Shown here: in pieces, positions 20,897-33,590 of the stretch
Position numbering within the stretch: position 1 is the first letter of the stretch
How the letters are laid out: the number at the start of each line of letters is the position of its first letter
DNA from: Spartobacteria bacterium
Lineage (GTDB): Bacteria; Verrucomicrobiota; Verrucomicrobiia; Chthoniobacterales; UBA6821
NCBI GenBank assembly: GCA_947487385.1
Contig: CANKWU010000005.1
Span: 12,431 to 76,430 of the forward strand
Length of the DNA: 64,000 nucleotides
Direction of reading: 5' to 3'
The notes under the pieces: generated by a model
The model's input: only the letters and a program-made list of their open reading frames with translations
Databases searched by the model: none
Told to the model about the DNA's origin: nothing
Translations under genes and position numbers: made by a program

Positions 20897-21862
20897 ATGG
20901 GACACATACACAACTCCATCATCGACACGATCGGTCACACTCCCCTTGTTCGCCTCAATCATATAACCAAGGACCTCCCGGCCACAATCGCCGTGAAATG
21001 CGAGTTCTTCAATCCCCTTGGCAGCGTGAAGGATCGTATCGGCGCCGCTATGATCGCTGACGCCGAGGTCAAGGGAATCCTCAAGGAAGGAACCACCATC
21101 GTGGAACCAACGAGTGGCAACACCGGCATCGCCCTCGCTTTTGTCGCGGCCGCCAAGGGCTACAAGCTGATCCTCACGATGCCCGAGACGATGAGTGTCG
21201 AGCGTCGAACCCTGCTTGCCATGCTGGGAGCCCAGTTGGTGCTTACCCCGGGATCGGAAGGAATGAAGGGTGCGATTGCCCGCGCCGAGCAGATTCTGAA
21301 AGAAACTCCTAACTCTTGGATGCCCCAGCAGTTCAACAACGCTGCCAACCCCACGATCCATTCCAAGACCACCGCAGAGGAGATCTGGGAAGATACGGAC
21401 GGCAAGGTGGATATTCTTGTCTCAGCCGTTGGCACCGGAGGCACCATTACCGGCGTCTCAGAGGCTTTGAAGGCACGCAAGCCAAGCTTCCAGGCAGTCG
21501 CCGTGGAGCCTAAAGACTCTCCCGTCATCACCCAGACCAAGGCTGGTGAACCCGTGAAGCCTGGTCCGCATAAGATTCAGGGAACCGGAGCAGGATTCGT
21601 CCCCGGCAACCTCCATCTCGACATCGTCGACGAAGTCCTCACCGTGACCAACGACGAGGCCTTCGCGATGGCCCGGCGTCTTGCCAAGGAAGAGGGGATC
21701 CTCGCAGGCATCAGTTCGGGGGCGAACGTCCATGCTGCCATCGAGCTAGCCAAAAGACCCGAGAATGCCGGCAAGTTGATCGTGACCATCGCCTGCTCGA
21801 CAGGAGAACGCTACCTCAGCACCGCCCTAGCCGAAGAAGCACGCGCCCAGGTGGGGGGCTAG
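20897..21862 (+). CDS. cysK: Cysteine synthase A (O-acetylserine sulfhydrylase)
   Basis: 321 aa; '[11 protein letters not shown]' (PLP lysine), '[10 protein letters not shown]', 'GTGGTITG'. Confidence 0.92.
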   Translation: MGHIHNSIIDTIGHTPLVRLNHITKDLPATIAVKCEFFNPLGSVKDRIGAAMIADAEVKGILKEGTTIVEPTSGNTGIALAFVAAAKGYKLILTMPETMSVERRTLLAMLGAQLVLTPGSEGMKGAIARAEQILKETPNSWMPQQFNNAANPTIHSKTTAEEIWEDTDGKVDILVSAVGTGGTITGVSEALKARKPSFQAVAVEPKDSPVITQTKAGEPVKPGPHKIQGTGAGFVPGNLHLDIVDEVLTVTNDEAFAMARRLAKEEGILAGISSGANVHAAIELAKRPENAGKLIVTIACSTGERYLSTALAEEARAQVGG

Positions 21863-22015
21863 GAAGAAAAGAATGAATGCAGAGGTATGAAAAAAATGCT
21901 TCTGCGGAACCTCTGATATCTCTGACTTGTTCGTTCCTGATTGCCTGATGATTTAGGGATTTTCATTTTTTCCGTTTCATCTTTGATAGTTGATGTTTCA
22001 TAATTTTATCGTCAT

Positions 22016-22645
22016 ATGTCCTCCATCTTTACCCCGCCTGAAGCCGATCAGGAGATCGCACCTCCTTCTCCAGTTGAGTTACTCTGGTTCAATCATCGCG
22101 GATCCGTTCTAGGCGGACTCGGAGCTCTTATCGTAATCCTCCTGATCACATTCGGCGTGATCATCTCCAACAGGTCATCACAAGAAGCCTCCGAGACCCT
22201 GCTCTCGTCGGCCACGAATGACACGGGCCTCAATGAGGTCATATCAAAATACCCAAAGACCCCCGCTTCTGCAGCTGCCATGCTTCTGCTGGCGGCCTCC
22301 CTTCGGAATGCCGGGAAACTGGACGAATCAGATGCTCTCTATTCCAGATTCGCGGAGACTTATCCTAAAAGTTCCCTGGCTGTTTCAGCTCTTCTTGGTC
22401 GCGCCTCCAATGCACGCATAGCCGGAAAAACGGAAGTGGCCCTGAACACCTACCAGCAGGCTTCCGCTGGCTTTCCACAGTCTTACGGTGCACCTTTTGC
22501 CCTTTTTTCCCAGGCACGTCTCCTGGCCCAGCAGGGCAAAATGGAGGAGGCATCAAGAGCGATCCAGGCCCTTGGCAGTCAATATTCCTATTCTGCCTCT
22601 GCCATAGCAGCTGGGGCAGGCTCTCGCCAACCACAGGCCAACTAA
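22016..22645 (+). CDS. Membrane-anchored TPR-like protein (YfgM-like architecture)
   Basis: One TM helix 'LGGLGALIVILLITFGVII' followed by Ala/Leu-rich helical repeats. No catalytic motif seen. Confidence 0.5.
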   Translation: MSSIFTPPEADQEIAPPSPVELLWFNHRGSVLGGLGALIVILLITFGVIISNRSSQEASETLLSSATNDTGLNEVISKYPKTPASAAAMLLLAASLRNAGKLDESDALYSRFAETYPKSSLAVSALLGRASNARIAGKTEVALNTYQQASAGFPQSYGAPFALFSQARLLAQQGKMEEASRAIQALGSQYSYSASAIAAGAGSRQPQAN

Positions 22646-22704
22646 AAAAAGCTGCTGAGTCTTGCACGGAGGCAACACAGGCCGCTTGCGTGAGATTGAT
22701 GAGA

Positions 22705-24108
22705 TTACTTTCCAGTTTTCACCTTTTCCTCAATCTCTTCCGCAGGATAGGTCCAGATCTCGCAGAGAGTCGGATGGTAGTGGGGGACGAGAGCTAGTTG
22801 CCCTGCCGATGAGTTGAAGGCCATGGCCACAACGATCTCGTGAATGAGTTCCGAGCCTTCAGGACCAACGACTGCACCACCAAGGATGCGTCCATCGGCA
22901 GCATCAGCGATTAGCTTCACAAGCCCGTCAGTCTCTCCCTTCACAATGGATTTGCCATGATCGGCAAAGGGGTAGCTGGCTGTTACCACAGAGAGCCCTG
23001 ACTCCTTAGCCTCCTTCTCCGTCATCCCACATGAGGCCATCTGGGGCTCGGTGAAGGCGGCGAAAAGCTTCAGACGGTAATCCATCACCACCGGGGAGCC
23101 GCCCTTGAGAAGGGCGGCGGCATTCTTGGCGGCCGTCTCCCCCTGCGTGATGGCAATGTGGACCACCTCGTAGGGGCCACAGCAGTCACCGGCAGCAAAG
23201 AGATGCCTGGCCGTGGTGCGTTGCTCAAGATCGGTGCAAATAGCAGGGCCCTCAAGTGCTACACCGGCCTTCTCAAGACCTAGACTGCCCACATTGGGGC
23301 GACGTCCCAGAGCATTCAGAACAATTCCGGCCTTCACCTGATGATCCCCATCACCATGTTCAAAATGAACGATCATCTCCTCTCCCGCCTGCTCGATCCG
23401 AAGTAGTCGAGTACCGCAGAGCACCTCCATGCCCCTTTTGAGGAAGGCCTGCGCCAGGGCATCGGCCACATCACGGTCACTACCGGTCAGAAGCTGCGTG
23501 TTACGCTGGAGGATTGTCACCTTCGTGCCAAGTGACTCCAGATAGTGAGCCATTTCGAGCGCCACGGGTCCGCCCCCGAGCACGACTGCCGAGGCAGGGA
23601 TCTTTGTCATCTCCAGCAGATCGTCACTGATGAGGCAGCACTCGATACCGGGAATCTGCGGTCGATTGATGACGGAGCCGGTGGCGATGCAGCCGCTTCG
23701 CAAAGAGACCACCTGCTCTCCACCATCCATCAAGGAGACACGCAGGGTGTGAGGATCGAGGAATTCGGCCTTGCCGCGAGTGAAGTCGAAATGGCCGCTT
23801 TCCAACTGCTCCTTTCTATAGTCGGAAAATTCTGCAATCAGTCGCCTCTTGCGTGCGATAATCTCCGCAGCATCGAAGCCAATTTTCTCGGCGCTCAGGC
23901 CGAACTCTCCGGCATGACGGAGAGTTCGATAACGATTGGCCGACTCGATCAAGGTCTTGCTTGGCATACAGCCTCGCAGAATGCAGAGCCCTCCCACCTC
24001 TTCACCCCCTTCGATCACCGCCGTAGAGAGTCCTAGGGATGTTGCCATTCGGGCTGCGGCATATCCACCACTCCCGCCACCGATCACCACAAAATCATAT
24101 TCCTTCAT
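22705..24108 (-). CDS. FAD-dependent pyridine nucleotide-disulfide oxidoreductase (dihydrolipoyl dehydrogenase / mercuric reductase family)
   Basis: 'DFVVIGGGSGGYAAA', redox disulfide 'CILRGCMPSK', NAD fold 'AVVLGGGPVALE', C-terminal 'PHYHPTLCE' dimerisation motif. Confidence 0.8.
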   Translation of the reverse strand: MKEYDFVVIGGGSGGYAAARMATSLGLSTAVIEGGEEVGGLCILRGCMPSKTLIESANRYRTLRHAGEFGLSAEKIGFDAAEIIARKRRLIAEFSDYRKEQLESGHFDFTRGKAEFLDPHTLRVSLMDGGEQVVSLRSGCIATGSVINRPQIPGIECCLISDDLLEMTKIPASAVVLGGGPVALEMAHYLESLGTKVTILQRNTQLLTGSDRDVADALAQAFLKRGMEVLCGTRLLRIEQAGEEMIVHFEHGDGDHQVKAGIVLNALGRRPNVGSLGLEKAGVALEGPAICTDLEQRTTARHLFAAGDCCGPYEVVHIAITQGETAAKNAAALLKGGSPVVMDYRLKLFAAFTEPQMASCGMTEKEAKESGLSVVTASYPFADHGKSIVKGETDGLVKLIADAADGRILGGAVVGPEGSELIHEIVVAMAFNSSAGQLALVPHYHPTLCEIWTYPAEEIEEKVKTGK

Positions 24109-24116
24109 GGCTCTAA

Positions 24117-26999
<2,883 letters not shown>

Positions 27000-27051
27000 G
27001 ATTCTGTTTTGAATTTAGGCGCCGCATAGCGCAAAAATCCCGATCTTTCCG

Positions 27052-27933
27052 CTACGGGGTAATTTCCGTGCCTATACCCTCTTCCGAAAACGCTTCGAGA
27101 AGCACGGCATGCGGTACTCCTGCCCCGAGCAGATGGACCTTTCCCAGGCCGCTTTTCAGGGCCTTGGTGGCGGAGCGCACCTTGGGAATCATCCCTCCGG
27201 CAATCACACCGCGGTCGATTAGTTCCTCGGTTTGGGATGCGGTGAGGCTATGGATGAGGGAGGAGTCATCTTTAGGATCAAGCATAAGCCCGGGGACATC
27301 GCTCAGGAAGATAAGCTTGGTGGCCGGAAGAGCAGCGGCTAGGGCAGCAGCGGAGACATCGGCATTGATGTTGATCGACTCGCTGCTTGGCAGGGCACCG
27401 AGTGGTGAAATGACAGGCACAGCGCCAGTCGCAAGCGCCGCTAAGACAGCAACAGGATTGACCTCCTCGGCCTCTCCCACGAATCCCAAGTCGACCTCTT
27501 TGTTATCAGGCCCGGTGAAAGGAGGGAGTTTACTGGCGATAAATACCTTCCGACCCGATATCCCGACAGCCTTCACCCCGAGAGCCTCCAGCTGATTTAC
27601 GATACCGGGATTCACCTCGTCATCGAGCACGGAGCGTACAATCTCCACTGTGGGGGCATCAGTGACACGGAGGCCATTGATGAACTGAGGAGTAAGCCCC
27701 TGCTCCTTCATACGGACATTGATCGCCTTGCCACCTCCGTGGACCAGCACGACACGGATGCCGACAGCATCCAGAAAGGCGACATCGATCAGGAAGCGCT
27801 CCACCTGCTCTTCCGCCTCCATGGTGCTTCCCCCGTATTTGATCAGGAAGATACTATCGCGAAATTTCTGCAGGTAGGGGAGTGCCTCGACGAGTGTTTC
27901 GGCACGTTGCCGGGAAGTAATCTGGGATGCCAT
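27052..27933 (-). CDS. argB: Acetylglutamate kinase
   Basis: 293 aa; 'IFLIKYGGS', 'VVLVHGGG', typical AAK fold motifs. Confidence 0.9.
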   Translation of the reverse strand: MASQITSRQRAETLVEALPYLQKFRDSIFLIKYGGSTMEAEEQVERFLIDVAFLDAVGIRVVLVHGGGKAINVRMKEQGLTPQFINGLRVTDAPTVEIVRSVLDDEVNPGIVNQLEALGVKAVGISGRKVFIASKLPPFTGPDNKEVDLGFVGEAEEVNPVAVLAALATGAVPVISPLGALPSSESININADVSAAALAAALPATKLIFLSDVPGLMLDPKDDSSLIHSLTASQTEELIDRGVIAGGMIPKVRSATKALKSGLGKVHLLGAGVPHAVLLEAFSEEGIGTEITP

Positions 27934-27940
27934 GAAAGAT

Positions 27941-29164
27941 TTATAGTGAGAACTCCGAGAGGTTTAACCGAACATATTCCTCAGTGAGATCTGTGGTAAG
28001 TAGGTGAGCCTCACCCTTACCGAGATGGAGATCGATGGTGACGGCAAACTCCTTCTTGGCTGCGATCTTACGCAACCTCGCCTCGCCCTTGGCATCCTGG
28101 CAACCCATACCGTTCTTGGCCGCGCTCATCCCGTCGTAAGCGATCTCCACCTTGTCGGGATCGAGGGCGGCTCCAGCATATCCTGCAGCATCGATGATAC
28201 GACCCCAGTTTGGATCACTTCCTGCCCAAGCACACTTCACCAACTGGGAGTTGGCGATGGCTCGTCCGATCTTATGGGCGTCAGACTCAGACTTCGCCCC
28301 CTTCACGGTAAGCTCGATCACCCGGGAAGTCCCCTCCCCGTCAGCCACAATGGCACGCGCCAGATCAGCGCAGACCGCCTGCATAGCCTCGGCAAAAGCT
28401 TTCTTCTCAGCAGCGGTGCGAATGGCTGTCTTCGACGCTCCGTTGGCTAGAGTGAGCACCGTGTCATTCGTACTGCAGTCACCATCGACCGTGATGCAGT
28501 TGAAGGTTCTGGAGGTCACCTCACCGAGCACCTTCCGAAGGAAAGCTGTTGGCACAGAGGCATCGGTGGTGATCACGCAAAGCATGGTTGCCATATTGGG
28601 TGAGATCATTCCCGCACCCTTCGCCATGCCTCCGATACGGAAGGACTTCGTTCCGACCTTCACCTCATAGGCCGACTGCTTCGGCACACTGTCGCTTGTC
28701 ATGATTGACTTGGCCGCTGCTAATGCGGCGGCAGGAGTGGACTTTAATGAGGCAACTGCCTCATGGATCCCTGGGAAAATCTTAGGAAGCGGAAGCTGCA
28801 CGCCAATGCGTCCCGTGGAGCAGACCAGCACCTCATCGGCATCGATACCGAGAGCAACTGCGACAGCATTCGTCATCTGTTCTGCGGCACGGAGTCCGGG
28901 CGTACCCGTGCAGGCATTGGCATTGCCACTGTTCAGGAGCACTGCGCGCGCCTTTCCCGACTCGAGATGCCTCCTGGAGAGCAAGACTGGCGCGGCCTTC
29001 ACGAGGTTGGTGGTAAAGACGCCCGCGGCCGTGGCGGGAAACTCCGAAGCCACGATACTCAGGTCATTTCGTAGGGGACCGGTGCGCTTAATGCCACAGG
29101 CAGTGGTACCTGAGAGGAATCCTTTGGCAGCATTGACGCCACCGACGATACGTTTAAGAGGCAT
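27941..29164 (-). CDS. argJ: Bifunctional glutamate N-acetyltransferase / amino-acid acetyltransferase ArgJ
   Basis: 'GVNAAKGF...GIK', autoprocessing site 'MATMLCVITTDA'. ATG at 29164 preferred over TTG at 29230. Confidence 0.9.
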   Translation of the reverse strand: MPLKRIVGGVNAAKGFLSGTTACGIKRTGPLRNDLSIVASEFPATAAGVFTTNLVKAAPVLLSRRHLESGKARAVLLNSGNANACTGTPGLRAAEQMTNAVAVALGIDADEVLVCSTGRIGVQLPLPKIFPGIHEAVASLKSTPAAALAAAKSIMTSDSVPKQSAYEVKVGTKSFRIGGMAKGAGMISPNMATMLCVITTDASVPTAFLRKVLGEVTSRTFNCITVDGDCSTNDTVLTLANGASKTAIRTAAEKKAFAEAMQAVCADLARAIVADGEGTSRVIELTVKGAKSESDAHKIGRAIANSQLVKCAWAGSDPNWGRIIDAAGYAGAALDPDKVEIAYDGMSAAKNGMGCQDAKGEARLRKIAAKKEFAVTIDLHLGKGEAHLLTTDLTEEYVRLNLSEFSL

Positions 29165-29267
29165 AGGAGTTAGAAGATTAAAGATTGGAGATGGGGAAAA
29201 AGTATGAAAGTGGGAAAGTGAAGGGTGCAAACAGTCGAGGAACGAGAGTCGAGCGTCGAGGGCTTTA

Positions 29268-30326
29268 CTACAGGAGGCCTGCTGTTTCTGTCAGTCCAGC
29301 CCTCACATTGAAGCACTGCACAGCCTGGCCGGCTGCTCCCTTTACCAGATTGTCGATTACGGAAAGGATTACGACACGGCCTGTCCGCGGCTCATCAAAG
29401 AGGGCTATATCGCAGAAGTTCGTTCCCGTGACATGCTTCGTCTCGGGGGGCTGTTCCCGGATCCTGACAAAGGGTTCGCCCGCGTAAGCAGCGAGCAGTG
29501 AGCTCTTCAGGTCGGCAGCGGTTTTTCCCGCAGCGGGGGTTGCCACGATGGTCGTATGGATTCCCCTGCTCATGGGAGCGAGATGGGGGATGAAGGTAAT
29601 CGCTACCTTGCTTCCCGCAGCTAGAGACAACTGCTGCTCCACCTCGGAGAGATGTCTGTGACGAGGGAGTCCATAGGCCCGCATGCTCTCATTGCACTCG
29701 GCGTAGAGGTAATCAACGGCGGCTTTCTTACCAGCTCCACTGACACCACTCGCACTGGAGGCCACGATGCCGAAGGGATCGAGCAGACCAGCTTGGAGCA
29801 GTGGAATGAGTGGCAACTGGATACTGGTGGGATAGCACCCGGCGCAGGCGATAAGTGAAGAGGATTTGATCGCCTCCCGTGAGAGCTCGGGAATCGCATA
29901 AATCGAATCCCTCAGAAGCTCTGGTGCCGGATGCTCTCCGCCGTAGTAGTCGGCATAGACCTCGGCATCCCGCAGCCTGAAGTCCGCGCTTAGATCGATC
30001 ACTACCTTACCAGCCTTCAGCGCCGCAGTCGCATACTCAGCGGCCACGCCATGAGGTAGAGCTAGGAAGAGCACACCGGCATCACAGGCCGCGACATTGG
30101 CTGGATCGGCCTCCGTGAAGAGCAGTGATGCGATCTTGAGCCCCGAGAAGCGAGGCATTACTTCTCCGAGTGATTTGCCTACATATTGCCTGGAAAAGAC
30201 TGCCGTGACCTCGGCGGATGGATGCCGGTCGAGCAGCGCGCAGAGCTCCTCGCCCGAATAGCCACTGGCACCCACGATCGCAACCTTCAGCAGCGCTGGG
30301 TCAGTCTTGGCAGAAATGGAACTCAT
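29268..30326 (-). CDS. argC: N-acetyl-gamma-glutamyl-phosphate reductase
   Basis: 352 aa; 'VAIVGASGYSGEEL', active-site 'ACAGCYPTS'. Confidence 0.92.
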   Translation of the reverse strand: MSSISAKTDPALLKVAIVGASGYSGEELCALLDRHPSAEVTAVFSRQYVGKSLGEVMPRFSGLKIASLLFTEADPANVAACDAGVLFLALPHGVAAEYATAALKAGKVVIDLSADFRLRDAEVYADYYGGEHPAPELLRDSIYAIPELSREAIKSSSLIACAGCYPTSIQLPLIPLLQAGLLDPFGIVASSASGVSGAGKKAAVDYLYAECNESMRAYGLPRHRHLSEVEQQLSLAAGSKVAITFIPHLAPMSRGIHTTIVATPAAGKTAADLKSSLLAAYAGEPFVRIREQPPETKHVTGTNFCDIALFDEPRTGRVVILSVIDNLVKGAAGQAVQCFNVRAGLTETAGLL

Positions 30327-30527
30327 GATCCGAACACATTAGTAAAACTACTGCCAAGCGCAACGGTCGAAACGCAGCATCAAAAATTGATCGCGCGGAG
30401 GCGCGGAGAGAGGAGATGGATAAATTGGCATCATAGGTCAACCATCCAGAATATCATGATGCAATCAATCAGCGGGCTTTTTTCAGACAGTGGTTATGCA
30501 CTCTGTCATTGCTCATTTCTTTCCCTT

Positions 30528-30575
30528 ATCTCCGCGCCCCTGCGGGAGAACATTCATTCGGGTCGCAGCAAAACG
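30528..30575. repeat. Copy A of a ~48-bp repeat flanking the vapBC module
   Basis: ATCTCCGCGCCCCTGCGGGAGAACATTCATTCGGGTCGCAGCAAAACG. 38/48 identical (hand alignment) to 31584..31631. Confidence 0.7.
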
Positions 30576-30603
30576 AAATTGCACAATAGGAACACAAACC
30601 AAT

Positions 30604-30640
30604 TAGTAATACTTGTTTTTCTTACTGTGTAGTAATACTT
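30604..30640 (+). promoter_or_regulatory. Putative vapBC promoter/operator: two direct TAGTAATACTT repeats
   Basis: An exact 11-mer at 30604-30614 and 30630-30640. The second copy ends 7 nt before the vapB ATG. AbrB-type antitoxins commonly autoregulate through repeated sites. Confidence 0.45.
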
Positions 30641-30647
30641 TATTCTC

Positions 30648-30899
30648 ATGAGCACACTCGTCACGACGAAGGGCCAGGTCACCATCCCGAAGAAGTTAAG
30701 AGATCGCTATGGCATCAGGCCTGGTGCCTTGATCGACTTCGTTGCAGGAGCCGATGGAATTCAGCTTCGCAAGGTCGTTCAGAAAGGCGGCAAAGGCGTG
30801 CTGGGATGTCTGAAAAATGAACTTTCCGGACAGAGCATCTCCACGCTCCTCGATGACCTACGGGGTGAGGTTGTGTTACCCAAGAAACGAAAGTCATGA
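30648..30899 (+). CDS. vapB: AbrB/MazE/SpoVT-family antitoxin (VapB-like)
   Basis: 83 aa; N-terminal swapped-hairpin motif 'TTKGQVTIPKKLRDRYGIRPG'; 4-nt overlap with the PIN gene. Confidence 0.85.
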   Translation: MSTLVTTKGQVTIPKKLRDRYGIRPGALIDFVAGADGIQLRKVVQKGGKGVLGCLKNELSGQSISTLLDDLRGEVVLPKKRKS

Positions 30900-31297
30900 C
30901 CGCGATCGCCGTAGACACCTCGGTGTTGCTCTCGATCTTTAAGGGCGAAGCGGCGGGACAACGGTGGCTCGCATTCCTTCAAGAGCTGGCCGAGACCAAG
31001 AGCCTGATTGTCTCATCGATCGTGGTTGCGGAGGTGAGATCTTTTTTCTCTAGCGATGCTCAGTGTATGAAAGCCCTGCGCGCGCTGGAACTCCGTCATA
31101 GTCTCTTGGAAGAAGAGTCAGCACTTCTTGCCGGAAAGATCTTCCGCTCCTACCGCAACGAAGGGGGGCCTCGCGCCACCATCCTCCCCGACTTCCTAAT
31201 CGCGGCTCATGCTTCCATACAGGCCGATGCGCTAGCTACGGATGATCGTGGATATCTCCGGGCCTACTTCCCCTCAATCAAACTGCTCAAGCCCTGA
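30896..31297 (+). CDS. vapC: PIN-domain ribonuclease toxin VapC
   Basis: 133 aa; acidic PIN residues in 'AVDTSVL', 'AEV', 'DFLIAAHA', 'LATDD'. Confidence 0.85.
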   Translation: MTAIAVDTSVLLSIFKGEAAGQRWLAFLQELAETKSLIVSSIVVAEVRSFFSSDAQCMKALRALELRHSLLEEESALLAGKIFRSYRNEGGPRATILPDFLIAAHASIQADALATDDRGYLRAYFPSIKLLKP

Positions 31298-31583
31298 CCC
31301 AGCAGAATTCTCGCGCAGCCGTAACGCAGGCCCATGGGCCGAGGCCGGGCAAGCAAGCGCAAAGGCGCAGAGGAAATGGAATGGGCTACGAGTATCGGAG
31401 CTGGAATGCCTGGAGGCTCACTCTATCAAGCTCGCTTGATGAGCTGAACCGTCAGACGTTCATGAGCATAGGATCGCTGATCCTGCTTCCATGCCAAGCC
31501 CTCGACGCTCGACTTTTGACACTCGGCTTCCCTACTCAGTTTCTTTGCAAGTCCTTGGATGTCTTCTTAGTGGTAAAAATTCA

Positions 31584-31631
31584 ATCTCAGCGCCTCAGCG
31601 GGAGAACATTTAATCGGATAGCCCCAAAAGG
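31584..31631. repeat. Copy B of the ~48-bp repeat flanking the vapBC module
   Basis: ATCTCAGCGCCTCAGCGGGAGAACATTTAATCGGATAGCCCCAAAAGG; same orientation as copy A, 1056 bp downstream of it. Confidence 0.7.
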
Positions 31632-31775
31632 CATGTGGGAACACGGCTTAGTCATTCGAGGCTAGGCCTCGAAGTCCGAGGGTCAGCAGACACGAGGATG
31701 CCTGGTCGGGGACGACCGGCAGACAAAAGGAACTTGCACGTTCCCACAGGAAACACGATGCTCCACTGCTTGAGA

Positions 31776-31849
31776 CGGGCTGTAGCACAGCTTGGTAGTG
31801 CGCTTGAATGGGGTTCAAGAGGTCGTGGGTTCGAATCCCGCCAGCCCGA
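31776..31849 (+). tRNA. tRNA-Pro (anticodon GGG)
   Basis: Acceptor CGGGCTG/CAGCCCG, D-arm GCAC-AGCTTGGTA-GTGC, anticodon arm CTTGA-ATGGGGT-TCAAG, T-arm GTGGG-TTCGAAT-CCCGC; no encoded CCA. Confidence 0.88.
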
Positions 31850-31853
31850 GTCT
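31836..31853. repeat. attL-like direct repeat (3' end of tRNA-Pro)
   Basis: Exact 18-mer shared with 35795..35812. Confidence 0.8.
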
Positions 31854-31946
31854 TTCTGAAAGCTTGGCTTTAAAAGTTGGTCCTGTGTTGGATTCCAGCG
31901 GTTACGGCTTTCCAGTTTGCATATGCACCGCTAAATTATCAATGAA

Positions 31947-33590
31947 ATGGCAGTGATGGCATACCAACTAGACAGCCAGCCTCAAATAGAGGCCGGAGTC
32001 GTTTTTACAAAGCCATGGGTTGTAGAGCTTATGCTCGATATGGCGGGCTACACTTTAGATAAACCTCTTGCTACGCTGGTTGTAGTCGAGCCCTCAGCTG
32101 GAGAGGGGGCTTTTTTATTGGGGATGATACGCCGCCTCGTTACCTCATGTCGACAACACGGGATGCCTATGATGGAAGCAATGCATGCTATAAGAGCTTA
32201 TGAAATTAATACCGCTAGCGCCCTGATTGCTACAAAAGCTGCTTATAATCAACTTATTGAGCTTGATATATCTTCCTCGGAAGCGAGGGCGCTATCTTGC
32301 TCATGGGTGATTAACGAAGATTTTTTGGAAACAGCTCTTGGTTTTCCCACTGCTGATTTTGTGGTAGGTAACCCTCCATATATCCGACTGGAAGAAATCC
32401 CTAAAAAAAAAGCAGAGATGTATAGGAATGCATACGATACTATGAAAGGACGGGCTGATATATATATCGCGTTTTATCAAGCCTCCCTCTCGATGCTTAA
32501 GCCGCGTGGCACATGTGCATTCATATGCGCGAATCGGTGGTTTCTAAATGACTACGGAAGGGGCTTACGTCAATTTATTACAGCTGGATTTTCTGTCCGT
32601 ATTATATTAGAGACTCAACTTGTGGATGCTTTTGACGATGAAGTTTCAGCATATCCTGCAATCACCATTATATCTCACGATAAGCAAGGCAGTGTTGTTG
32701 TAGGAAAAGCACTGCCTGGAATAGAAAAAACAGAAACAGAGTATGTGATGAGTCATTTAAAAAGCGGGCTTTCAAATAATGTTGTCCAAGTAGCCCGTTT
32801 CAAAAAATGGTTTAATGGTAAGGAACCGTGGCCTAGCTCATCGCCAAGCTCATTGCTGTGCCTGAATAAGCTTGAAGAAAAGTTTTCGACATTAGAATCC
32901 AAAAAAACAGGAACAGTTGTGGGTATTGGAGTTGCTACCGGAGCAGACAAAATATTTATTACATCAAAACCTCCAGCAATAGAGAAAGACAGGCTGCTTC
33001 CTTTAGCGATGGCATCTGATTTAAAATGCGGCAAGATTGACTGGTCGGGACATTATCTAGTTAATCCCTGGAATGAATCAGGACTAATCGATTTACGTGA
33101 GTATCCCTTAACCAAATTTTATCTAGAGGAATACCAAAATCAGCTAACAAAACGACACACTGCTAAAAATCGGCCAGCCTCATGGCATCGTACTATTGAC
33201 AGAGTAAATCTATCACTTTTTAGCAAACCCAAGCTATATATTGCAGACATAAAAGAAAAGCTGATCCCATGCCTTGATATGGGAGGAACCTATCCCCATC
33301 ACAACCTCTATTATATATCCTCTGAAACGTGGGATTTAAAAGTGTTGGGTGGCTTGCTAATGTCAAAAGTTGCAGAGTTTTTCATTCAATGCTATTCGGT
33401 GAAGATGAGGGGTGGTTATTATCGGTTTCAAGCGCAATATCTTCGTAGAATAAGAGTTCCCGATCCAGATACAATATCTCAAAAGGACCGTGCCGATTTG
33501 ATTCGAGCTTTCGAAACCCAAGATAAGGATCTGGCTGATAAAGTTTCGTTTAAACTATATGAAATCAAAGAAATTCCAATTGCCGATTGA
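31947..33590 (+). CDS. Type II N6-adenine DNA methyltransferase (gamma class, Eco57I/TaqI-like MTase family)
   Basis: 547 aa; SAM motif I 'VVEPSAGEGAFL' precedes catalytic motif IV 'VVGNPPYIR'; large C-terminal target-recognition region; AT-rich codon usage. Confidence 0.85.
   Translation: MAVMAYQLDSQPQIEAGVVFTKPWVVELMLDMAGYTLDKPLATLVVVEPSAGEGAFLLGMIRRLVTSCRQHGMPMMEAMHAIRAYEINTASALIATKAAYNQLIELDISSSEARALSCSWVINEDFLETALGFPTADFVVGNPPYIRLEEIPKKKAEMYRNAYDTMKGRADIYIAFYQASLSMLKPRGTCAFICANRWFLNDYGRGLRQFITAGFSVRIILETQLVDAFDDEVSAYPAITIISHDKQGSVVVGKALPGIEKTETEYVMSHLKSGLSNNVVQVARFKKWFNGKEPWPSSSPSSLLCLNKLEEKFSTLESKKTGTVVGIGVATGADKIFITSKPPAIEKDRLLPLAMASDLKCGKIDWSGHYLVNPWNESGLIDLREYPLTKFYLEEYQNQLTKRHTAKNRPASWHRTIDRVNLSLFSKPKLYIADIKEKLIPCLDMGGTYPHHNLYYISSETWDLKVLGGLLMSKVAEFFIQCYSVKMRGGYYRFQAQYLRRIRVPDPDTISQKDRADLIRAFETQDKDLADKVSFKLYEIKEIPIAD

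Noticed and set aside
30385-31650. The idea that the repeats flanking vapBC are integron attC sites (TA modules are common chromosomal integron cassettes).
   Set aside because: No intI integrase or attI lies nearby. The arms lack RYYYAAC / GTTRRRY core sites, and only two copies are visible.
31381-31859. ORFs 31381..31665 (94 aa) and 31635..31859 (74 aa) between vapC and the methyltransferase.
   Set aside because: The first spans the repeat element and has no motif. The second runs through tRNA-Pro itself. Both are most likely non-coding.
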